From contig OY762825.2 in the NCBI GenBank assembly GCA_963666425.2, forward strand, positions 1,888,001 to 1,952,000: DNA of 64,000 nt, read 5' to 3'. The stretch is from Bacillota bacterium (lineage in GTDB: Bacteria > Bacillota > JAAYKD01). Positions 9,028 through 21,000 of this stretch are shown here, in pieces (within the stretch, counting starts at the first letter, position 1; each line of letters starts with the position of its first letter). A program made the position numbers and the translations under genes. The notes beneath the pieces are model-generated. The model searched no databases. It was not told the DNA's origin and saw only the letters and a program-made list of their open reading frames with translations.

Positions 9028-12000
9028 ATGAAGTGGTCAAAGCAAGTTATCGTCGCAATCTGGATGAGCTGCCTGTTGGGGGTGTTGCTGCCACTGTCAG
9101 GGGCAGTGTTTGCTGCTGTACCAACCCTGGCAATCACGGAATCAAATATCTTAAATGGTACGGTAACAGTGAGCGGAACTCTGAGCGAAGCTGGTTCAGG
9201 GCAGCTGCTGATCGCTGTTTATACGACCGACGGGAAAATGACGGATGTGAAAGATGTTACCTCGGATGCAGCTGACGGTAATTGGTCGATCACCTTGGAA
9301 TTTCCCGGTGCTTCTCTCCGCTGTGTCAAGGCGTTTCTCTTGGCAAATAGCCAGGAAGGTTATCACCCCTTACTGACTGCCGAAGAAATGATCACCTCCG
9401 GTATGCTGCTGACGATTGATACAGCCGGCAGCTATAGCGGCCAGTATGCCAATGTTACCATTACTGACGCTGTGGGAACCGCTCCCGTCACGCTGCTTGA
9501 TATGGATATCAGCGGCAATCTGACCATCGGAGGCGGTATCGCGCCTGAATCGCTAGGCTTATTGACCGCAGCGAGTCAAACGGTCTCTTTGACCGGCAGC
9601 ACGTCGGTGGCGGGAAAAGTTGTGCTGAATCGGCAGGGTGCAAGCGCACAGCCGCTGCAATTGATTCTGGAAGAACAGGCTCATATTCAATCCGCCGAGG
9701 TTTTAGGCAGCGCCGGTGCGGTGATTGCCAGTCTGACCGAAACCGAGAACACGATCAACAGCATCACTGCCGGGCAAAACCTGCAGCTGATCAATACCAA
9801 GGTTGGCCAATTGACCGCGCTGGCAGGCAATCTGCAGGCGCTGCAGGTAGGCTTATATCAGAGTGAAGTGCAGAATCTGACGGTCGCTCAAGCGGCCGGA
9901 GCGACGCCTGTTTCGGCAACGCTCGGAAAGCAGGTCAGTACTTTTGCTGCGGCGGAGGCTTTATTTGACGATTTACGTACAGCACGCATCGGTGCAGAAG
10001 AGACGCTTTACCTCAATGCTGAGAATAAAGTCAGCGTCATCGAGGGCAGTCAGGCGCTGCAGCTGCAACAAATATCAGAAGTCGGCAGTGTAACGATGAC
10101 CGCAGCATTACAGACCGATGCGGAAACCAGTGTTACTGCGTTAACGACCAATGCCGACGCCGTAATTGCGGGAAGACTGCAAAGCGCACAGATGAATGCC
10201 GCTTCGCTTGATTCGGCGCCGAATTTAACCTTGCTCGGCAGCGGCGTCACCACACTGAGCGGTAAAATTAAAAAACTGACCCTGGGCGGTGAGGCAACGG
10301 CGATCCTGACAGCCTCAACGAACGGCGAGAATGAAATTGGCAGCGTCGAAATGCAGACCAGCGAACCGGCCATGCAGTCACTAAGCCTGAACCTGCTTGC
10401 CTTATCGGCTTCGAGCGGTCCTTCTTTTACGGTCATGAGCGGTTCCGGTGTTGGCGGGATCCTGACCAGCGGCAGCGGTAATTTGGGTGGTATCTCTATT
10501 TTAAATGGCACCGGTTCCTTTGTGCCGATCCATCTTGGACCGGGAGTCTTTGCGCAGTTTGTGCAATTTGGCAACAATAGTGGTGGTCAGTTAACCTTGG
10601 GCGGGACAGATAATCAAAACGGTCAGTTGGGTGCACTGATTAATAATTCGCCGATGCCAAGTCAGCTTTTCCTGCCGGCAGGCAGCAGTCAAAGCAATTT
10701 GATCAGCAATGTTTTTGACAGCAACATTTCCTCCGGACTGCAGATGCGAATCGGGGAAACGGCTCCCGTAGTACCGGCTTCAAACAACGATCTCGCTTTT
10801 GTTGGCATGAATATTGTAGAACCACCGAGAAAAACAACCTACAAAGTCAATGAAACGATGGATTATAGCGGCATGATGGTCGAATTGATCTATCTTCCCG
10901 GTGCAAGCAGCGTAATCCGTACTCCCATCGTGCGCTATGAAGAAGTGAAGGGCAACCAAAACTTTCTGACCGATCTGCCCTTGCTGAATAGTGCAGGCAG
11001 CTATACGCTGCAGGTGACACACCGGGAAAGCCAACAGAGTGTAGATTTCCTCATCAATGTGGTCAATGCCTATGAAGTAGAGAAAATCCGAATCGTTCAA
11101 TACCCGGCGAAATTGACCTATCAAATTGGCGAGCCATTAGATCTAGGCGGTGGAGTTCTGGCTGTTACCTATCAAGGGATAACGGGAGAACAAATTGTGC
11201 CGATGATGACTGACAATCAATTGACGGACGGTCTCGTGGTAATCGGGTTCAATTCAACAAATCCATCCCCACAAAGAGTTCAGCTCATCTTTGGCAGAAG
11301 AGCGATCGTGGATCTGGATGTCGTGGTGGGGGGCAAATCCACTCTGGAAAACTATCGCACCGCTGCGTTAGCTTTCATAACAGCTTCGGAAGCAAATGCA
11401 GGGCTCTATAGCAATCCTGAATTAACAACTTATAATAATGTATTGAGTCTTATGAAGGGCTTAATCACCCAAGCGGAAACAACGGATAGTATTTCTTATG
11501 CCTGGGAGATGATTGAAAAGGTCATCCGTCCTCTGAAAACCAATGAGGAAAAATTGCAGCTGCAATTGAGCGCCGCGAGGGAGGCCGGTTACATAGAAAT
11601 AGAGGAGTACTGGCCAATCAATCCGGCTACTCAAATGCCGTACAGCAGCGCAGACTATTCCTCTGCCATGCTCTACAAAATAAGAAATATTCGCCTGATA
11701 GGGAGCCGTTCCGTCAGCGATGCTTTGACATTGGCAGAAATCAACGGTGAGCTCGGTCTGATCCGGCAAACCAAAGCAAAGATCGATGCGATTCCACGCA
11801 TCAGCAGCAGTTTGGATATTGTGTTGGCAGCGGTCAGCGACTTCAGCCTGACCATCAAAACCGGCTTAAGCTTCGATGAAAAAATACAGCTGGTCAAAGA
11901 AAATGTGTCGCGTCAAATGATCAGCGCCGGTGGAAATCCGCTCTGGAGTGTACTTGTTACCGATTTAGGCAGCGGCAGTAATACCGTGCAAATTGCAGAT

Positions 12001-15000
12001 GGCAGCGGGCATTTGAGCAGTGTGAAAACCATTACGGTATCCCTGACAGAAATCGAAACCAGAGGTTCGTTGGTGATAACACTGGCGAATCACTTGCAGG
12101 GTAAATTTAGTTTCTTGCCTTTGAATGCAGATGCTGTGATTGCGGAAACGGAGAATTTCGTCGAAACGATCAACATGACGGCGGAACAAAAGACGGCCTT
12201 TGCCTTCTTATCTTATTACCATCTCCTCAATGGCAGGGGTCAAATCGGCAATCAACAGATTATGGACCCGAATGCAACGATCAACCGAGCCGATTTCATC
12301 TTCCTGCTGACCGCCCTGGAAGAGGCTATGGGTGTGCGCTTACCGGAAACTGTGACGATTGCTGCAATCAGCGATCTGAGCGCTGAGAATCCTCTCTACC
12401 AGAAGGCACTTCATCTGGCCAGAGCCGGCGTCATCACGCTGGGAACAGGGGAAACGCTCCATCCCAATGACAGCTTGGTCAGCGCGGCGAGTGATGAGTG
12501 CCTAAGCGCAGTCGACAATTTGATCGCAGCATTATCGTCTGTCATCAGCTCAGCGGAGACTTCTGAGCAATTCCAGACCGCACTTACGGACACCTTGATT
12601 CAGAAAATCGTAACGGCAGGCAATTTTGTAATCGATACGAATGATCCTTTAAACAAACAATTATTCGTGACTGCCGGCACTACGCTGACGGTCGCAGCGG
12701 ACAGCGTTTTTACAATTGACACCGCTCAATGTACCGTCATGGGGACAATGATCAACGAGGGAGCAATTCACGTCACCGTCAACGGCAGCTTATCCTTTAT
12801 GGCCGGTTCTGTTTTGACCAACAACAACAGCGTAGATGTTTACGGTCGGGCGGATTTCCAGAGCGGCTCCACCATCAACGGCAGCAATACCCGTATCACT
12901 TATCATCATAATGCCAATCTGCTCGATGCGGCGCAGCAAATTTACGCACAACTGAAAGACGGATATCGCCTGGATCTGCCGTCACAGACAGACATCAATG
13001 CTTACGCCGCGTTTTATACCGATTGGAGCAGCATCACTGCCGAGCCTACTGAAAACATTATGGCGCTGGCCTTCTTGCTGAAGAATCAACTGATCGTTGG
13101 CGTACCCGGTTTGGGTGACGACGTTCAGAAAATATCCATCAAACCCTATGCGTCTCTCAGCCGCGCGGAGACCGCGATGCTGCTGATCAGGCTGGAGACC
13201 GTCCTGATCGAAAAGGCAACGATTACCGGCTTGGATCAAACGGTAGTTCTGAATCCTGTTTTCAATGATTTAAACGGCGAAGAGGCGTACTATGACGCTG
13301 TGCTAAGATTAGCCAAAGCCGGTGTGGTTCAGGGCGATACGCAAGGCAATTTCAACCCGAATGCTGCTATGGATGCCACCTGGTATACTTGGGGCAGTCC
13401 TTTAAGTGATCTGGTGCGTCGTTTCGTGACGGCTCTGGGCCAGATTGCTTCCGAACAGCAAAGCTTTACCGTTCTGCGCAGTGAAACACAGGTGATTGAA
13501 AACAGAAGATTCACCAACAAGGTCAGTATTGTCTGCGGCACGCCGGTCAGCACGGATGATTATGGCGGTTCGATTCGCTTCAGCAATTGCACGTTTGCTG
13601 CCGGTCTGACCGCCGAAGTAGGCTTGATCAGATATGACATCGATTTAGGCATGGCCGCTGTAGTCGGAGGGATTCAGGTCAACCGCAGCCCGGATAACAA
13701 GAAATTCCAACAGAATGTGAGTGTGAATCTGAATAATGTGGCGGTTGGAACTGAAATCAGCTCCGATGCCGTCGCTGCAGTCAACTGCGGTATCGCAGCA
13801 GGCAGCTTTGTGATCAATGGGGTCACCGTCAGCGGTGCAGCTGATTTAGGTGAGCAAGGTTCTTTCGGTGCCCATCTGAAATGGGAATGCTACGCTCCGC
13901 ATGCCGAATCGTATCAAGGCGATCACAGCGAATGCAGCGGCAACCAATTTACGGCGCTTGCTTTCTATGATGCGGTAGAGAAGGTGGAAGTGAGTGCAGG
14001 TGCAGCCTTCCAGAATTATGAAATGTGGAACAACCGTGACGATATTTCCCTGAACTTCCCGGCTGAGGGTGTGACTGTCAGCATGGATCGTTTGCGGATC
14101 AACAATCGCAATCAGGAATTTAATAAAACTCTGATCCTGAGCGGGCAAGTACTGGGAGATGTCGAGATCAGTGGTAAGGTCGATCTATCTGCTTTGCTCA
14201 ATCCAAGCCACCAAATTTATCTGGCTGCCTGGAACAACGGCAATCAGATTGCCATCGGCAGTCAGACGGTCACCGTCAGCGGCCAAAGCGATTACAAAAC
14301 GTCCGTTCAAGCGGAGAACGGCGCGACAGTCATTGTCGAACAATCCAGGCAGGATGTTGTGGTGAATGACGCAGCGGACAACGCATTTAGTCTTGGCGGT
14401 CCGCACATCTTTGGCGATGTAGGCAATTATGGGATTTACCTGATGGGTGCTCCTCTGCCGGCCGGTAGTTATTTATTGGAACAGCGCACAATGAATGCAG
14501 AACAAGAGCCGATCTGGACGACCATCAACTATAGAATGGATTCCATATTCGCAGAAAACAAGACTCATTTGATTCCGGATCCGGCAACCCCGATCACCGA
14601 TCCGTCTGCCGTGCGCTTGACTGTGCATTGGCAACCTGATGCAGATACCGAGATCACGATCGTTTGGCCGGCTCTCTATTATAAACAAGCGGCAAGCAAC
14701 CGCATTGATCTGGCGAAACGCCTCTATGCTGCGCTGGGCGAGGGATATGGTCTGGCAGCTATCACCGGTGGTACGGCTGAAGTGGAAACACTCCTGAGTG
14801 GTTTTGAAGAATGGCCGCAATTAGCGAATGAGGGTGAAGGTGCCGAAGCATTGGCCTTCCTGGTGAAGAACGGCATTCTCAACCCAACCGCTGGCACAAA
14901 TCTGCTGCCGTATAATGATCTGACGCGTTCGGAAACCGCCGTGATTCTCTATCAGGCGATCATCGCGATGAATCGATTAATCGGCTTAGATCAATCGGTC

Positions 15001-18000
15001 AATATCAGTTTCCACGATGTGATAGCCGAGCAGACGCCAAACTTTATGGCCATCATGACCTTAGCCAAAGCCGGTATCGTCAGCGGGGACAATCAAGGCA
15101 ATTTCTATCCCAATGAGAGAATGCTGTCCAATCAAATCGGCGAACTGATCACACGTTTTGTCAATGCTTTGGGTGAAGTTGCGCGTACGGACTCTGCCAT
15201 CACAAGCTTTACGGTTTCTGCTGCAGCAAGCCAACCGATCCGGAATAAGAACTTCCTGCAGACGGTTACCATTGACTGCGTATCCATTGCAGCGCAGGTG
15301 GAAAACGGTTGGGGCGGCAGGTTGACGTTTGAAAACTGTAATTTCAGCCGAGGGTTGATCCTCATTTTAAGCGAAGCCTCTTATGGTGTGGAACTGGGTG
15401 GCGCGGCGGTGGCGGAAGGCATTCAAATTGTGCCGCAAAGCAATACCGTACCCAACCGGTTCAACAACCAACTGCGTCTGAACTTATCCGGCTTAGCTGA
15501 TGCAGCGGTCGTCACATCAACCGTCGGTGCTTCGGTCAACAGCCAGGTGATGGGTGGACAATTCACACTGAACCATGTTCTCGTGCGGAGCACGGCGGAT
15601 CTGGGTGAAGCCAATTATTTTGGTGCTTATCTGAGATGGGAGTGCTACGATCAGCACATAGAGCAGTATCAAGGCGACCACAGTGAATGTGACCCCTCTT
15701 ATCAGTTCACTACGCTGGGGACGGATCGCTCGGTTGCTTCTCTGACCGTCGATAAAACAGCTGAATTCCAACGCTACGAATTCAGTAATAGTCTGAATGA
15801 TGTGCAGTTGCTTTTCGATCCTGACGGGGTCCCGGTGACCATGGATCGCATGCGCATCATAGGCTGCAATACCAACGGAGAATTAAATACTGTTTTGGTC
15901 AGCGGTCTGCTGCAGGGCAGCGTGGAAGCGGAAGGCAGAGTTGATCTGACGAATCTCGCTGTTGCATCGGGTGCTGCGCTCACCGCAGCGACTTGGTCGG
16001 AGAATACGGAGATCAATTTGGGCAGCCATGCCATTACCCTAGTCGGCAATGGTGGTAAAACTGTTGGCATTGCCGCTGTGAATGGCGCAACTGTCTGCTT
16101 CGAACAAGCGGGGCAGAAGGCAAATATCACCAACAGCGAAGCCGCGCTTTTTGAGATCAATTATGCGGAAGTGCTGGAAAGTGAAACCGGTTATTGGCTT
16201 ACGCTCAACACGGGCAACGGCTCCGATTACAGCTATCGCTTGGAACAAGGCTCCTATGATCAACAGACACAGCAAGAGAGCTGGTCTCCGCTTTCCTTTA
16301 CAACCGAAGTCTATTCCGGTTCCATTCATACCGATCTGATGCCTTCGGCAGAGACTCCCATCACGAATCCCAATCAGGTGCGGCTGATCGTCACCTGGAC
16401 GCAGGGCAGCGATACAATTACGGTTGTCTGGCAGAGAGTCTTCTATCAAATGCCAAAAGCAAAGATCAGCGATGCCGCGAAACAAATCTATCAACTCTTC
16501 CAGACCGATTACAAATTATTGACCGTCAATGATGATGACCTGGCGCGCTACGCTGCCGACTACAGTGACTGGACGATGATGAATGAGGATGGGGAGACTC
16601 GGGCAGCGGTGGCCTTCCTGCTGAAAAACGGTATCCTGAGCGGAACCGCAGCGGAAGATAACTTAACCTATTTGAACCCCTATCAGGAAATGACCCGTGC
16701 TGAGTTCGCTAAGCAGCTGTTTGCTCTGGTCAATGCGCTGAGCGGCAACGGTACTTTACCGGGTGGTTTGGCGGTGCTTTCTCCCAATCTGACCTTCAGC
16801 GATGTAGTAAACGAGGCTCCTTATTATGAGGCAGTCATGTCGATGGCCAAAGCCGGTATCCTCTCCGGTGACAATGGCAGGTTCTGCCCGGATGAACTCG
16901 TCCTTCGAGACGATCTGAACGGAATTTTAAAAGGATTGCAGACTGCGGTTGGCCCGGTGGTTTCCACACAGAATTTATTCACTGTCAATCGAAATCAAGA
17001 GCAAACAGTAGAGAATAAGATCTTCAGTCCGAATACACCGGTGGTCATTACCTCCGCAGCGCGGGAAGGCAGTGATGCCTGGGGCGGGCAGATTACCTTT
17101 GTTAACTGCCAATTCAATGGCGGCTTGCAGGCTATGCTGGGCAATGTGCACTATAATGTTAATTTCACCGGCACAACAACGGTGAAAGATAATCGTATTG
17201 ATGTCAGCGCGTCGGTTTTGAACGCCAATTACAAATTTGACGGCAGTGTCAACGTACAATTCAGCGGTCTGCCGGAATCAGTTGGAGTTGTTTCCAGCGT
17301 GGCAGCCAGTGTTGCTTCCAATCTGGGCGGAGGCAGTGTGACACTGAATGGCATTAAAACAACCGGTGCCGACCAAATCGGTACAACGGAATGGTTTACC
17401 GCCAATCTCTATTGGGAGTGCAACGGCTATCATACAGCGGATTATGCCGGCAATCATGCTGAATGTATCAAAAATCCCAGAGATGTCATCCCTGTGCCGG
17501 CAGATCATTATTTGACGTATGCCATCAATGGCAAAGTCAAGAGCGTCACCGTGCTTCCAAGCGAAACAACACCTCTGCAGACGGAAATTTGCAGCTTCAG
17601 GGTGGCGGAGGTTCTGGATGATGTGAGCTTGGCCTTAGGCTCTCTGCAGCCTTCCCTGGGTTTCTTCAATCTAAATGGAAATACAAGCGGCTTATTAACG
17701 GTGAGCGGCAATGTAATCGGAGAGACCGTTGTCTGCGGCAAAGTGGATATCACCGCGCTGACGCATCCCGGTTACGCGATCCTGATCGGTGCCTGGCAGG
17801 ATAATACTGCGGTAGTCATTGGCAGTCAAACCGTCACCGTGGCGGGTTATAACAGCAAACCGGTCATCATTGCCGCCTTGTCTGGCGCGGTAGTCAAGTT
17901 GGAGCAAGCCAGTCAGGCAGTCAAAATCAATGCCGCAGACCCGGACGGCGGTTTCCAGCCGGGGATCCCGCAGGTCTTTGACACCGACACCGGTTTTGGC

Positions 18001-21000
18001 ATTAACCTCGGTAAATTATATACCTTACCGGAATACAGCTTCGAGATATGGCAGAATTATTATGACAATGATTCGATGCAGGAGATCAGAGCGCAGGTTT
18101 CTTTCACTAGCGAGACATCTCCGGATCAGCTCAGCACCTATTTGCTGAGCAACGAAATCAGAAATCCTTATCAACTGGAACTGACGGTTCGTCGGACTGC
18201 ACCCAGCGGAACCATCTCGGTGATTTGGCAGCAATTGGATTATAAACAAGCCGCGGCGACGCTCAGCCAAGCTGCGAAGCTGCTCTGCCAGGCATTCCGG
18301 CAGGATTATCGTTTGGCCGAGCCTACTGTCGACGAGCTGACTGCCTATGCGGCTTATGCCGATTGGTCTCTGATGGCAGCGGATGCGGATGCTCAGGCCG
18401 CCATGGCTTTCCTGCTCTGCAATCACGTCATCACGGCAACAGCAGGCAGCGGTGAGGATGCGAATAAATTCTTTGTGGATCCTAACCGCAGCCTCACTCG
18501 CAGCGATGTGGCGGTTCTGGTTTACAATTTAAGCGAACAGCTGAAAGCAGTCGGGATTTTACCGAATGGCTTGCCTCAGGATGTTGCACCGAACAGTTCT
18601 TTCTCTGATGTGACTGCGGCGGATGCCTTCTATACTGCGGTGATGACCTTGGCCAAAGCCGGATTGCTCAGCGGTGATAACGGACAATTCTACCCCACCG
18701 GAGAAGTATCTGCTGACGATGTTGGGCGGCTGATTAACGCTCTGCAGTCAATCATCGGTCCGATTTCCTCAGGCCAGACGAATTTTATAGTATCGAAAAA
18801 TCAAACCCAAACGGTGCAGAGCAAAACCTTCAGCGAAGCGGTCACCGTCACTTGTGAACCGGGGCAAAGCGGGGACTGGGGCGGAGAAATTCGTTTCACC
18901 GATTGCAGCTTTAACGGTGGTATGACGGTGAAATTGGGCGATATCAGCTATGCAGTCAATTTAGATGGAGTCACGCTGCTGAATCAGACGATCCATGCCG
19001 AGCTGGATGAAAGGATTCAACCTGCACCGGTTCAGCTCAATTCACAGCTGCAGATTCAAATCAATGGTGTTGCAACGGGCACGATCATCAACTCCACCGT
19101 GAATGTCAATGTATCCGCTGCGGCCGACTGCACCGGCTTTCAGCTGAATGGCGTGGAAATGACGAAAGCCGCTGCAGCCCAGGCGAGCGATCCATTTGGC
19201 GCCCAGATCATGTGGGAGTGCAACGGGGATCATGCCGATGGTTATAACGGCAACCATGCCGATTGTATCAAGGACCGCAACAATCCAGGTTCCGGATTGG
19301 CTGAGCATTATCTTTCATTGCTGCTCTGGGGGAAGACCGGTTCTGCAACAGTAATTAATCCAGAGAACGGTCAGTATGCTATTTACCGTTATGAGATGAC
19401 GCAGGATTGCACGTGCGCATCCTTATCTTTGGGCAACATCACACCAGCAATCGGTTACCTTTTCCTGACCAGCAGCACGACAGCCAATTGTGCAGTCAGC
19501 GGAACTGTGACAGGGGATCTGGTGGTGATCGGTAACTATGATATCTTGGCCGTTATTGTTACACGTTATGTCCTGCTCAGCGCCTCCTGGGCAAGAGATA
19601 GTCTGGTCAGTATTGGTGCAAAAGAAGTTACGATCACAAATAACGGTAATACAACCATCGGAATCAACGCGAGTGATGGCGCCAGAATCAATGTAGAGCA
19701 ACCGGATCAATACTTTGTAATCAACCAGGCTGAACCGGGCAGCGGTTTTGCCATCGGCATACCGCATGTCTTTGGTGATGCAGGGAATTATGGCGTCTAT
19801 GTTGGCACTGCCAACGCTACGGAATATACTTATACGCTGGAACAGATCCTTTATGATGAGAATCATCCGGATGGCTATGGGCAACCGCTCATGGTCACAC
19901 CAGAGTATTTCGCAGACAAGACCCACCTGAATCCCAGTGTCTCGACGCCAATTACGGATCCGAATAATGTCCGGCTGACGGTGACCTGGACCAAGAACAA
20001 TCAGGTGATCATGGTCGTCTACGCCTGGCTCAATTATCTGCCTCCTACGATCGGCCGCGTCGATGCGGCAATGAAGATTTATGCAGCATTCCAAGACGGC
20101 TATGATCTGGCAGCTCCCACTTCGGGAGAAATCAGTAACTACAGCCTGAGTTACAGCGTTGATTGGGCAGCAATGTCAGCCAATGAACAAGCAGCAATGG
20201 CATTCCTCTTAAAGCATGGCTTGATCAGCGGAGCAGCGAATGAAATCAAACCCTATAATATGCTGACACGGGCGGAAATTGCGGTTATCCTGGATCAGCT
20301 CGATACACTGATCGCATATCACTTAGTTCGTACAAAGACCGCACCCGCTTTTACCGATTTAACAGGAAATGAAGCTTACTATACCGCTGTGATCAAAATG
20401 GTCGAAACAGGTGTCATCACTGATTATGAAGGAACTAGGTTCGCTCCGGATAATGGAGTCCCTGAGGAACTAATGCAAGAGTACCTGATGAATTTTGTCA
20501 GTCTAATTCCATTTGTGCAGCTCGAATCCACGCTTGGCAGTTTTGTGGCCTCGTCTGATTTTAAGCAGGTGATCAACAATAAGAACTTTATCACGCCGGT
20601 TACGATTACTTGCGATACGCTATATGATCCTGCAGTGGAATACAACTGGGGTGGGAATATCGTTTTCAACAACTGCTCTTTCTCCGAAGGTTTGACGCTG
20701 ATTCTCGACACCATCAGTTTTGACGTGGATCTGCGCGGTGCCAATGTTCCCGGTGGGATCAACCTGGTGGCAGGGTCTTCGCTCGATCCTCTGGATGGGG
20801 ATAAATCTATTACACTCTATAGTTTAGCTAACGGCACGACGGTGACTTCCGCAGTCAACTGCATGATCGAAAATTACTGTGTCGGTGATTGGTATACCTT
20901 GAATTTGGTGAAAGTGCAGAGCATCCCCCCGACAGGCAATGAGATGAATTACCATTTTGGCAGCAACATCTATTGGAATTGCGGTGCGGATCATCCTAAG